This document shows, piece by piece, positions 8,648-17,351 of a DNA stretch of 64,000 bases. Position numbers and translations under genes: made by a program. This stretch comes from Deltaproteobacteria bacterium (GTDB taxonomy: Bacteria > Myxococcota_A > UBA9160 > SMWR01). The notes under the pieces were generated by a model. It did no database searches. It had not been told where the DNA came from and saw nothing but the letters and a program-made list of their open reading frames with translations. How positions within the stretch are numbered: the first letter of the stretch is position 1; each line of letters starts with the position of its first letter. The DNA lies in the NCBI GenBank assembly GCA_019310965.1, contig JAFDDG010000004.1:15264-79263 (forward strand), written 5' to 3'.

Positions 8648-10120
8648 GTGCGCCCGTGTTTCGCCGCACTGCTCGCCGCGCTGCTGGCAGCCTGCGGCTC
8701 GAGTCCCGCTCCACTGCCGAAGCCCCAGCGCATCGTGCTGCTGAGCCTCGACACGGTGCGTGCCGACCTGTTGGCACAGCCGAGACAGCACGGGCTCGTG
8801 AACGTCGCACGGCTGCTCGAGGAGGGCGCGCATTTCACCCGGGCCTGGGCTGCGGCGTCCTACACGCTGCCCGCGCACGCCACGCTGCTGACCGGCACCG
8901 ACGCGGCCGAACACCCGCTACACACGGCGCGCCCTGCGCTCGCTCCGGGCACGCCGACAATGGCCGAGCGGCTGCGTGCGGCCGGCTACGCGACTCGCGG
9001 CTTCCACGAGGGCGGCTACCTGCGCGAGAGCTACGGTTTCGCGCGGGGCTTCGACCGCTACACGCAGCTTCCGCGCCGCACGTTGGTGCGGCAGCGCTTG
9101 CCCGAGGTGCTCGACTGGATCGAACGGCACGCGGCAGAGCGTTTCTTCCTCTTCCTCCACACCTACGCCGCTCACGACCCCTACGGCGGCTGGAAGACAC
9201 TGCGCGAGCGTCACCCCGAGCTGGCGCTTCCCTCGGCCCCGGTCGTTCGCGAGCTGGCGGCAACGTACTCCGAGGGCGACGACCCGGCGTTGATCCCGAC
9301 CGCGCATCGCCACCTGTTCCAGCTCTTCAATCCCCTGGCCGAGCGCGGGGTGAGCCGAGTGCGCGCCGTCGCGCTGCGGCCGGTCGAGGCGCTGAAGGAG
9401 CATCCGCATTTCGAGTTCGGCGTCGCGGCGATGCGCGCGAGCTACGACGCCCGCGTCGTCACCACCGACCGCATGCTCGGGAAGCTGCGTGAACGGCTCG
9501 AGACGCTCGACCTGTGGGAGGACACACTGCTCGTCGTCACGGCGGATCACGGCGAAGCCTTCTTCGAGCACGGCCAGCCCTGGCACGGCTACGTGCCCTA
9601 CGAAGAGGTGCTGCGGGTGCCGTGGATCATCTCCTACCCGCGACTCTTCGAGCGCAGCGGCGCGCGTTCCATCGAGGCGCCGGTCTGGCATCTCGACTTC
9701 CTGCCGACGCTTCTGGCGCTGGCCGGCTTGCCGCCGGACCCGAGCCTGCCCGGCCGCGATCTCAGCGCGGCGCTGCGGGGTCACGAGACACTCCCCGAAG
9801 ATCACGCGCTCTTCCCACTGGTGCTCGAGGTCGACACGCTACTCCCCGAGCCGCCGCGGCGGGTCGCGATCCGAGCGCCGCTCAAGTTCGTACCCCAGCA
9901 TCCGCGCTTCCACGCGTCCGGTGACCAGCTCTTCGACCTGACGGCCGATCCGGGGGAGACACACAACCTGCTCGACACGCAGCCGGCCGCCGCTGCCGAG
10001 CTCGCGCGTCTCGCCAGCGACTACGAGGCTGGCCTGCGCCCGCCGCCGCCTGCACCGGCCGGCGCGGCACTCGATCCGGCGGAGAGCGCTGCGCTGCGCG
10101 AGCTCGGATACGTGGAATGA
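8648..10120 (+). CDS. Sulfatase-fold (alkaline-phosphatase superfamily) lipoprotein with a Thr/His variant active-site motif
   Basis: Signal peptide plus lipobox LLAACG. Metal-site LLSLDTVRAD. TLPAHATLLTG sits where sulfatases have CxPxRxxxxTG. Also TADHGEAF. Confidence 0.7.
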   Translation: MRPCFAALLAALLAACGSSPAPLPKPQRIVLLSLDTVRADLLAQPRQHGLVNVARLLEEGAHFTRAWAAASYTLPAHATLLTGTDAAEHPLHTARPALAPGTPTMAERLRAAGYATRGFHEGGYLRESYGFARGFDRYTQLPRRTLVRQRLPEVLDWIERHAAERFFLFLHTYAAHDPYGGWKTLRERHPELALPSAPVVRELAATYSEGDDPALIPTAHRHLFQLFNPLAERGVSRVRAVALRPVEALKEHPHFEFGVAAMRASYDARVVTTDRMLGKLRERLETLDLWEDTLLVVTADHGEAFFEHGQPWHGYVPYEEVLRVPWIISYPRLFERSGARSIEAPVWHLDFLPTLLALAGLPPDPSLPGRDLSAALRGHETLPEDHALFPLVLEVDTLLPEPPRRVAIRAPLKFVPQHPRFHASGDQLFDLTADPGETHNLLDTQPAAAAELARLASDYEAGLRPPPPAPAGAALDPAESAALRELGYVE

Positions 10121-10157
10121 TAGACTGCTGAACACCGGTCTTGCGCTGGAGGCGTGG

Positions 10158-10805
10158 ATGCAGATGCTTCGACTCCTGGCATTCCTGATGGTCTTGGGTG
10201 GAACCTCGGCAGCTTCGGCGGCTCCGATCCTCTTCATCGGCGATTCGATTACGGCAGGAACACCAGGATTCACATCATATGCAGACTTGCTGGCAGGAGG
10301 AGACAATCAAGGGCACGGGGGCTGGACTACGACCAGTTGGATCAACAATTTTTCCGTAGCAGCAGCTCCGTACCTGGAGCCGAATCAAACAGTACACATT
10401 CTATTAGGCGCGAATGATTCGGGTTTCGACGAGCTGCCGCCGATCAAATTCAGGAACAGATTATTGGAACTCGTCGGAATGCTATTTGGTGATGGCAGGA
10501 CGATCTACATTTCTCCGCCCTATCGCAGTCCCACCGGACCAGCTTGGTGGAACGATCTCATCGACGGATATGCAACACAAGTCAATTGGATCTGGTCGAC
10601 AGGGGCTGCACAGCCTGGTGCACACCTTTGGGCACTCCCGCCGACAACATGGGACGGAGTTCACCCAGATCAAGCAGGGCACCAACACATTGCAAGTCTG
10701 CTTGCGCCTGTTCTTGGCACGGCAGTCATCCCCGAACCCACCACCGCACTCCTCTTCGCCACTGGACTGCTCGAGCTCGCCGCAAGGAGGCGAGGAACTC
10801 GCTGA
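10158..10805 (+). CDS. Secreted SGNH/GDSL hydrolase with a C-terminal PEP-CTERM sorting signal
   Basis: Signal peptide, block I FIGDSIT, block III LLGANDS, block V DGVHPDQAGH. C-terminus VIPEPTTALLFATGLLELAARRRGTR is PEP, then a TM helix, then an Arg cluster. G+C counted at 50-55% on three 60-nt lines. Confidence 0.8.
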   Translation: MQMLRLLAFLMVLGGTSAASAAPILFIGDSITAGTPGFTSYADLLAGGDNQGHGGWTTTSWINNFSVAAAPYLEPNQTVHILLGANDSGFDELPPIKFRNRLLELVGMLFGDGRTIYISPPYRSPTGPAWWNDLIDGYATQVNWIWSTGAAQPGAHLWALPPTTWDGVHPDQAGHQHIASLLAPVLGTAVIPEPTTALLFATGLLELAARRRGTR

Positions 10806-10910
10806 GCGCGTCCTCCAGGTCTGCGCGCGGGTGTCGACCACAGTGACGATCGCGTTCGGGCGCCCCGGCGCGGGGCCACTTGCGACGAGCGCCGCAATGG
10901 CGCCGCAGCG

Positions 10911-11282
10911 TCAGTGGGCGGTCCCCTGGATCACATGAACGACGAAGCGCACACCCTCACCCGCTGCGTGACTCTGGATGGCGCGCAGCATGTTCTCGAC
11001 TTCCCCCCGCGGCGACTGCGCGCAGTCGAGCCGAAAACAGACGTCCCTGTTCTCGTAGCTCGGGTACTGCTGCGCCAGATGGCCGTCGAACACGTACGCC
11101 AGATAGGCGTTGAACTTGGCCTCGAGCTGGCTGAGCTGCTCGGGATCGTTCGCCCAGGGGCGCTCCTCCAGCATCATCAGTACGACCTCTTCTCGCTCGG
11201 CGTCCCAGGAGATGAGGTCGACCACCCGGGGATTGAAGACGCCGCGCTGCTCCTGCACCGGCTCATCCGCCAAAGAGGCCAC
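10911..11282 (-). CDS. Hypothetical small acidic cytoplasmic protein
   Basis: 123-aa ORF with coding-like composition and no recognisable motif. The ATG overlaps the end of the upstream SDR gene by 20 nt; GTG 11258 is an alternative start. Confidence 0.5.
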   Translation of the reverse strand: MASLADEPVQEQRGVFNPRVVDLISWDAEREEVVLMMLEERPWANDPEQLSQLEAKFNAYLAYVFDGHLAQQYPSYENRDVCFRLDCAQSPRGEVENMLRAIQSHAAGEGVRFVVHVIQGTAH

Positions 11283-12003
11283 CGTTGACGTGGATCACGC
11301 TGCCGTTCACGTAGCTGGCGCGAGTGGCCAGCCAGGCGACCACATCGGCGATCTCCTCGGGCCGGCCCATGCGCTGCTGCGGGATGCGCGCGATGATGCT
11401 CTGCTTCACCTCGTCGGGTAGCTCGTCGGTCATCTCCGTGTCGATGAAGCCCGGAGCCACCGAGTTCACCAGGATGTCGCGGCCCGCGAGCTCCTGGGCC
11501 AACGACTTGGTGAACGCGTCGAGGCCCGCCTTCACCATCGTGTACGGAATCTGGCCTGGGTTTCCCGTGTGCCCGACCACACTGGAGACGTTGATGACGC
11601 GTCCGAACTTCTTGCGCAACATGAAACGGCGCAGAATCTGCTTGGTCAGATACCAGGTGCCGCGGGCCACGCCGAAGATGGCGTCGTAATCGTCGAGCTT
11701 CATCGAGAGCATCGGCGCGTTGACGTTGTAGCCGGCGTTGTTCACCAGCACGTCCACGCGCCCCGCAACCTCCTTCAGCTGCACCACCAGGGCATCGATG
11801 TCTTCGGCCAAGGTGAGGTCTGCCCGCACGGTGAAGGCCCCCTCGAGCGAATCCGCCAGCTCACGCGCGGAGCTCTCGCTCGAGCGATAGTGCACGCCCA
11901 CCCGAAATCCCTCCGCTGCCAGTGCAGCGCAGCAGGCACCGCCGATGCCGGTGCCGCCACCGGTGACCAGAGCAACTTTCTGCTCGGAACCCGTCTCGCT
12001 CAT
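11263..12003 (-). CDS. SDR oxidoreductase, 3-oxoacyl-ACP reductase (FabG)-like
   Basis: TGGGTGIG cofactor motif, NNAG, catalytic YxxxK (YTMVKAG), 246 aa. Confidence 0.8.
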   Translation of the reverse strand: MSETGSEQKVALVTGGGTGIGGACCAALAAEGFRVGVHYRSSESSARELADSLEGAFTVRADLTLAEDIDALVVQLKEVAGRVDVLVNNAGYNVNAPMLSMKLDDYDAIFGVARGTWYLTKQILRRFMLRKKFGRVINVSSVVGHTGNPGQIPYTMVKAGLDAFTKSLAQELAGRDILVNSVAPGFIDTEMTDELPDEVKQSIIARIPQQRMGRPEEIADVVAWLATRASYVNGSVIHVNGGLFGG

Positions 12004-12036
12004 ACTTCCCCCTCGCCCGTCGGGGCCCGAGACCAG

Positions 12037-14850
12037 CTAGGCGTCGGGCTGGATGCCCACCTCGCGCAGCAACCCCTCGAGGTCCGCCGGTGTCGCCACC
12101 TGCACACCGCAGCCGGGCGGCAGCGCGTCACTCACACGTCGGAAGTAGCGCTTGTCGGTGCGTCCCTCGACGATCACCACGATGCCGCGGTCCTCCTCGC
12201 TGCGCACCAGGCGACCGCTCATCTGCTTGAGGTTGAGCAGCATCTTGCCGAGCGTGTAGCGCTCGAAGCTGTTCTCACCGGCGCGCTTGAGGCGCTCCTC
12301 GCGGCGCTTGCGCAGCTCCGTCGGCACCTCGAAGGGCAGCTTCTCGATCACCACCGCCTGGAGTGCGGGGCCCGGGATGTCGAGTCCCTGCCAGAAAGTG
12401 CGAGCACCGAGCAACACACCGCCGCTGCGGACAAAGCGCTCCACCAGTGCAGCCGGATCGTCCGTCGCGCGCCGCGGCAACAGGATATCGTAGCCCTCGC
12501 CGCGCAGATCCTCGGCCAACAGCTCCGCCACGTCGCGCATGCGCCGCAAGCTCGTGAAGAGCCCCAACGTACGCCCGCCGAGCAGACGCGTGAGCTGCGC
12601 GATCACCCCGGCAGTCTCCACGACGAGATCTCCGCGCGGCTCCAGGGCCGCCACGCGCATGTGTTCGCGATACGCGAACGGGCTCTCCACCGTGACTCGA
12701 TCGGCGCCGCCATCGACGTGCGCGACACCCGGCACGCCTTCGAGTTCGAGCTCGCCCAGCGCCGCAAACGAGTCGCCACCCACGAAGAGGCTGGCGGACA
12801 CGCACACCAGCGACTCGAGCTTGTCGGCGAAGCGCTCATGGAAGAGGTCGGCAGGAGCCACGCGGCGCACGACCAGACGCCAGCGATCGAACGGTGCCTC
12901 GAGCCGCTCGAAGGCGGCGACGGCATCGTCGTCGCCGCCAGAGAAGGCACCGCGCAACGCCTGAGCTGCATCGAGTAGCTCGGCGACGCTGCGCCCGATT
13001 GCCTCGCGCTCTTCGTCCACCTCCTCGGCATCAGCCGGACCGGCGATGCGATCCGCATGCGCCGCCACCGCCTCGAGTCGCTCGGCCGCCCGTTCGGCCA
13101 GCTGCGCGGCGTCGACGAAGATGCGATCTGCATGCGCCGGCAGCTGCACCTCGCCGTACTCACTGGCTCGATGCGCCAGCGCGCGCCCGAGTGCCACCAG
13201 GTCCTGCTGCAGCCCCCGCCGCCAGGCAACGACGTCTCGGCTCACCCCGCGCAGCTTGCCCCGCGGCAGCAAGGGCTTCGTCTTCGCCTCACTGCTGCGA
13301 CCGAAGAGATCGTCGAAGCGTTCGAGCACCTCCAGAGGCCGCACCTCGAGGGCGAAGACCTCGTCGGCGACGGTGACCAATTCGTGGGCCTCGTCGACGA
13401 TGACGTGGGTAACGTTCGGGTAGTCCGGCGGCCAGCGCAGCAGCAGATCGTGATTGGCCACGACGAGGTGTGCGTCGCCGAGCGCCGCCCGCCGCCTGCC
13501 GAACGGGCACTCGCTCTCGTGCGCACACTGCTCTCGCGTGCACTGCTCGGCACGCGACGCCACCGCTCGGCGCCGCAGATCACGCAGCGCCGGAAAGCGG
13601 AAGAGCAACGCACCGGGAAGCGTACCGATCTCGCCATAGGGACGCGTGCGCGCGCACGCCGAGAGCGCCGCGTAGGCCAGGCGGTCCTCGACGAAGATGC
13701 GCGGCTCGCGCCCCTCGGCAAGCGTCGACTCCAGTCTCCGGGCACAGGCGTAGTTCGCGCGTCCCTTGATCGAGAGGGCGCGCAGCTCCGGGTAACCGAG
13801 CATCGCGGCAGCGGCGGGGATGTCCTTCCCGAGCAATTGGTCCTGGAGCAGCTTGGTGCGAGTCGACACGACGATCGGCTCGCGAACCCCGCCCGCCGCC
13901 CGCTCCACGGCGCAGGGGATCGCCGCCGCCAGATACGCCAGCGACTTGCCCACACCGGTGCCACCCTCGAGTAGCAGACGGCCACCGTCCTGCAGGTAGC
14001 GCACGAACTGCCGGGCCATCTCGATTTGCTGCTCGCGCACCCGGTAGCCGGGAAAGTACCTCGCTCCGCGCTCTTGATCCGCGAGCACCGCCGCGATGGC
14101 ATCGGCGTCGAAGGGGACCCGCGGCTCACCGGACGACGCGATCGACACGTACTGGGGTGTTCGCTCGCGCTCGGTGCGCAGCGGCGCCTGGCGCAAGAGC
14201 TCGCTCCACGGCACTTCCGGGGCGAAGCGCTCGAGAGCGTTGCGCGCCGCGCCATAACGCGCGTCGCCGCTGCGCGCACCCGTGGCCGCCCGAGACAGCA
14301 CGCGCAGGGTGTCGAGAGCATCCGAGAGCGCCCGGTGACGCTCCTCGGTCTCCAGCAGGTCGCGCGTGAACGTCTCGAGCCGCAGATCCGGAGCATCCGG
14401 GTGGGTCAGCGCCAGCAGATCCTGGGTGTCCAGATAACGCACCTCCGCGAGCCGCGGGTCGACGAAGCGCGAAAGGAAGTGGCGCTCGAACTCCGCGTTG
14501 TGCGCCACGATGACACGGCCGGCCAACGCGACAGCCATCGGCTTCGCGAGATCCGAGATGCTCGGCGCGTCGGCCACGTCAGCTGGTGCGAGACCCGTGA
14601 GTCGCTGCACCGCACGTGGCAACTCGCCCCGCGGGCAGATGAGGCTCTCGAGGGTGGTAATCTCAGCTGAACCCGGGTCGAGCAGGGCGGCACCGAACTC
14701 GAGCACTTCGGAATCCGGATCATTCGAGAGCCCAGTGGTCTCGAGGTCCACCACTGCCAACGGCCCGGTGGCGCGCAGAAACACTTCGAGCGCCCCGAGA
14801 TCCACCCCCAGATCTTCGGGCCGGCACTTCTCGACCAGCAGCGGCAACAA
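12037..14850 (-). CDS. dinG: DnaQ-like 3'-5' exonuclease fused to a DinG-family ATP-dependent helicase
   Basis: Exonuclease motifs VVDLETTGL and HNAEFERHFL. Helicase motif I GGTGVGKS and motif II VIVDEAHEL. A Cys-rich Fe-S insert (CARRL...CTREQCAHESECPF) as in XPD/DinG. Confidence 0.85.
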   Translation of the reverse strand: MLPLLVEKCRPEDLGVDLGALEVFLRATGPLAVVDLETTGLSNDPDSEVLEFGAALLDPGSAEITTLESLICPRGELPRAVQRLTGLAPADVADAPSISDLAKPMAVALAGRVIVAHNAEFERHFLSRFVDPRLAEVRYLDTQDLLALTHPDAPDLRLETFTRDLLETEERHRALSDALDTLRVLSRAATGARSGDARYGAARNALERFAPEVPWSELLRQAPLRTERERTPQYVSIASSGEPRVPFDADAIAAVLADQERGARYFPGYRVREQQIEMARQFVRYLQDGGRLLLEGGTGVGKSLAYLAAAIPCAVERAAGGVREPIVVSTRTKLLQDQLLGKDIPAAAAMLGYPELRALSIKGRANYACARRLESTLAEGREPRIFVEDRLAYAALSACARTRPYGEIGTLPGALLFRFPALRDLRRRAVASRAEQCTREQCAHESECPFGRRRAALGDAHLVVANHDLLLRWPPDYPNVTHVIVDEAHELVTVADEVFALEVRPLEVLERFDDLFGRSSEAKTKPLLPRGKLRGVSRDVVAWRRGLQQDLVALGRALAHRASEYGEVQLPAHADRIFVDAAQLAERAAERLEAVAAHADRIAGPADAEEVDEEREAIGRSVAELLDAAQALRGAFSGGDDDAVAAFERLEAPFDRWRLVVRRVAPADLFHERFADKLESLVCVSASLFVGGDSFAALGELELEGVPGVAHVDGGADRVTVESPFAYREHMRVAALEPRGDLVVETAGVIAQLTRLLGGRTLGLFTSLRRMRDVAELLAEDLRGEGYDILLPRRATDDPAALVERFVRSGGVLLGARTFWQGLDIPGPALQAVVIEKLPFEVPTELRKRREERLKRAGENSFERYTLGKMLLNLKQMSGRLVRSEEDRGIVVIVEGRTDKRYFRRVSDALPPGCGVQVATPADLEGLLREVGIQPDA

Positions 14851-14854
14851 TGAG

Positions 14855-16507
14855 CTAGACGTAGATGGCGCCTTCTTTCATCGCGCGATCCTGCCGGATG
14901 ACGACGTTCACCAGCGCAGGCTTACCCGACGCAGCCGCGCGATCGAGCGCAGGCCGCAGATCTTCGGGCCGCTCGACGAGCTCGCCGTGGCCACCCAGGG
15001 CCTCGACCACCTTGTCGTAACGCGTGCAGTTGAGCTCCGTCGCGGCGAGCCGATCCCAACCGTAGATGGAGCCCTGGGGCCGCAGCATCTGGCCCCACGC
15101 CGCGTCGTTGCCCACCACACCGACGATGGGCAGACCGAAACGCACGGCAGTGTCGAATTCGAAGCCGTTCAGTCCGAACGAGCCGTCGCCGTAGACGATC
15201 ACCACGCGTTTGTCGGGATGCGCAAGCTGCGCCGCCAGCGCGAAGGGCATGCCCACGCCGAGGGTGCCGAGCGGGCCCGGGTCCATCCAGGCGCCCTCCC
15301 CCTTCACGGGCAGGATCTTCGCAGCGGTGGCGACGATGTCGCCGCCGTCGCCGATCACGATGGGCGAATCGAAGGTTTCGAGCCAGTCGCGCACCTCGCG
15401 GCACATGCGCTGCGGATCGATCGGCACCTCGTCACTGTTGAGGTTGGCCTCGACCTTCGCCACCGCCTCGTCCTCGATCGCGCGCAGCTGATCGCGCCAG
15501 CCGCTCCAGTCGAATTGCACCCCCTGGTGCTTGATTTCGTCGAGCAGCATGTCGAAGGTGCAGGCCAGGTTGCCCACCAGCGGCACGTCCGCCTGGCGAT
15601 TCTGCCCGATCAGCGTGGCATCCATGTCGAGCTGGATCACCTTTGCGTCGGCGGGGATCGCCTTGCCGAAACGCATGCGGAAGTCGAGCAGCGTACCCGC
15701 CAGCACGATGCAGTCGGTCTGCGAGAGCGCGTCTCGGCGCGAGCGGTTCAGAAACTCCGGCGAGTCGGGCGGCACCGTGCCGCGACCCATGCCGTTGGTA
15801 TAAGTGGGAATATGCGTCTCCGAGAGGAAGCGATTCAGCTCGGCTGAGGCGTGCGACCACTTGACCGACGTGCCGGCCATCAACATCGGACGCTCCGCCG
15901 CAGCGAAGAGCTCCACCGCCTTGCGCACTTCGTCGCGATCCGGCGACAGCCTGGGCGGCGAGGTGCGGATGCGCGGGATCGGCGCCTCGTCTTCCTCCGC
16001 CTCCCCCATGAAGATGTCCATGGGGATCTCGAGGTAGGCAGGCCCGGGGTTCCCCGACACGGCGTGGCGAATCGCGAGCTCGATGTACTCGGGGATGCGG
16101 TGCGTCTGGTAGATGGCGTCGGCGAACTTCGTGATGGGTTTCACGACGCCGATGTGATCCATCTCCTGGAGCGACCCGCGGCGCAGGTTCTCGAAAGGCC
16201 CCTGGCCGCCGATCACGAGAATCGGAGAGTTGGCACGCCAGGCGTTGGCGATGCCCGTGACCCCGTCGGTAACGCCGGGGCCGGCGGTGACGGCAGCGAC
16301 GCCGATGCTGCCCGGATTGCAGCGCGCCCACGAGTCGGCGGCGTGCACGGCGGCCTGTTCGTGGCGCACATCGACGATCTTGATGCCTTCGTCGATGCAG
16401 CCGTCGTAGAGCGCCATGATGTGGCCGCCGGTGAGCGTGAAGATGCACTCGACGCCGGCTTCTTTGAGAGCCTTTGCGGCGAGCTTGCCGCCGTGGAGGA
16501 GAGCCAT
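14855..16507 (-). CDS. Thiamine-diphosphate enzyme, oxalyl-CoA decarboxylase / 2-hydroxyacyl-CoA lyase / acetolactate synthase-like
   Basis: N-terminal PYR domain GPGVTDGVTGIANA. ThDP motif GDGSFGLNGFEFDTAVRFGLPIVGVVGNDAAW. 550 aa. Confidence 0.8.
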   Translation of the reverse strand: MALLHGGKLAAKALKEAGVECIFTLTGGHIMALYDGCIDEGIKIVDVRHEQAAVHAADSWARCNPGSIGVAAVTAGPGVTDGVTGIANAWRANSPILVIGGQGPFENLRRGSLQEMDHIGVVKPITKFADAIYQTHRIPEYIELAIRHAVSGNPGPAYLEIPMDIFMGEAEEDEAPIPRIRTSPPRLSPDRDEVRKAVELFAAAERPMLMAGTSVKWSHASAELNRFLSETHIPTYTNGMGRGTVPPDSPEFLNRSRRDALSQTDCIVLAGTLLDFRMRFGKAIPADAKVIQLDMDATLIGQNRQADVPLVGNLACTFDMLLDEIKHQGVQFDWSGWRDQLRAIEDEAVAKVEANLNSDEVPIDPQRMCREVRDWLETFDSPIVIGDGGDIVATAAKILPVKGEGAWMDPGPLGTLGVGMPFALAAQLAHPDKRVVIVYGDGSFGLNGFEFDTAVRFGLPIVGVVGNDAAWGQMLRPQGSIYGWDRLAATELNCTRYDKVVEALGGHGELVERPEDLRPALDRAAASGKPALVNVVIRQDRAMKEGAIYV

Positions 16508-16678
16508 GGGATACCTCGATTGCGCGACGCGCGGAGGGGCGTCGCTGGGTGCTCCGACGGTATCACCGCCCCGGAGGAGCGGTCAAATCGGCAAACTCCC
16601 GCGCGCTCCTCGTTTCGAGGGCACGCGAGAGCTCACCATCACCGGTCGGTCCGCTCGCCCCGCTGGCGCGGGGTGCGA

Positions 16679-17188
16679 TCAGCTGCCGCCCTTGAACTCG
16701 GAGCGGCGATTGTACCGCCAGGCGTTCTCGTCATGGCCCGGCACCGCAGCACGCGCTTCGCCGAAGCTCACGGTCCGCAGGCGCGAAGTGCCGACGCCGA
16801 GATCGATGAGGTAACGACGTACCGCATTGGCACGGCGTTCGCCGAGCGCGAGGTTGTACTCCTCACTGCCACGCTCGTCGCAATGGCCCTCGACCGTGAC
16901 CGTTCCCCAAGCCGTGTTGCCCGTGATCGCTTCGGCATTGGCGCCGAGCGCGCTCTTCGAGTCCGCACGAATTGCGTAGCGATCGTAGTCGAAGTAGATC
17001 GTCTGCAACTCGCTCAACGACCGCGAGCTACCGCCCGCGCGGTCGTCCACCGAGCCACCGTCATCAAACTCGCTGCCGGTCTGCGAGCCCGTATCCATGT
17101 CCGTGCTCTTGGACGGACAGCCCGTCAAGCCGAACACGAGAAAACCGGCACTCACGGCCAGGCAGCGCGCTGTGCGACCCCCAATCAT
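16679..17188 (-). CDS. pal: Peptidoglycan-associated lipoprotein (OmpA-family)
   Basis: GGAGGG RBS 7 nt before ATG 17188, lipobox LTGC, and IYFDYDRYAIR...VEGHCDERGSEEYNLALGERRANAV. Confidence 0.85.
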   Translation of the reverse strand: MIGGRTARCLAVSAGFLVFGLTGCPSKSTDMDTGSQTGSEFDDGGSVDDRAGGSSRSLSELQTIYFDYDRYAIRADSKSALGANAEAITGNTAWGTVTVEGHCDERGSEEYNLALGERRANAVRRYLIDLGVGTSRLRTVSFGEARAAVPGHDENAWRYNRRSEFKGGS

Positions 17189-17296
17189 GGCGTCACCCTC
17201 CATTCGTATTGATCAATTCAACCCCTCGGGGCGAAATAGTAGGTGCCGCTCCAGAATTCGCCAATAGTCTCGCGGCTTTCAGAGGTCGAATCCGGC

Positions 17297-17326
17297 CCGA
17301 CCGCGGGGCTTCGGCCCCGCGGTCGG
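17297..17326 (-). terminator. GC-rich hairpin downstream of the TPR lipoprotein gene
   Basis: Perfect 13-bp stem CCGACCGCGGGGC / GCCCCGCGGTCGG with a TTCG loop, 26 nt past the stop at 17352. No U-tract. Confidence 0.4.
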
Positions 17327-17351
17327 TGACGGCGATCATACCCCGCCCACG

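Noticed and set aside
17229-17303. tRNA- or tmRNA-like start (GGGGCGAAATAG...) and a T-loop-like GGTCGAATCCGG upstream of pal.
   Set aside because: I could not build a cloverleaf. There is no complementary acceptor stem, the T-stem halves do not pair, and there is no CCA-proximal pairing. GGTCGAATCC lacks the TTCGAAT loop spacing.
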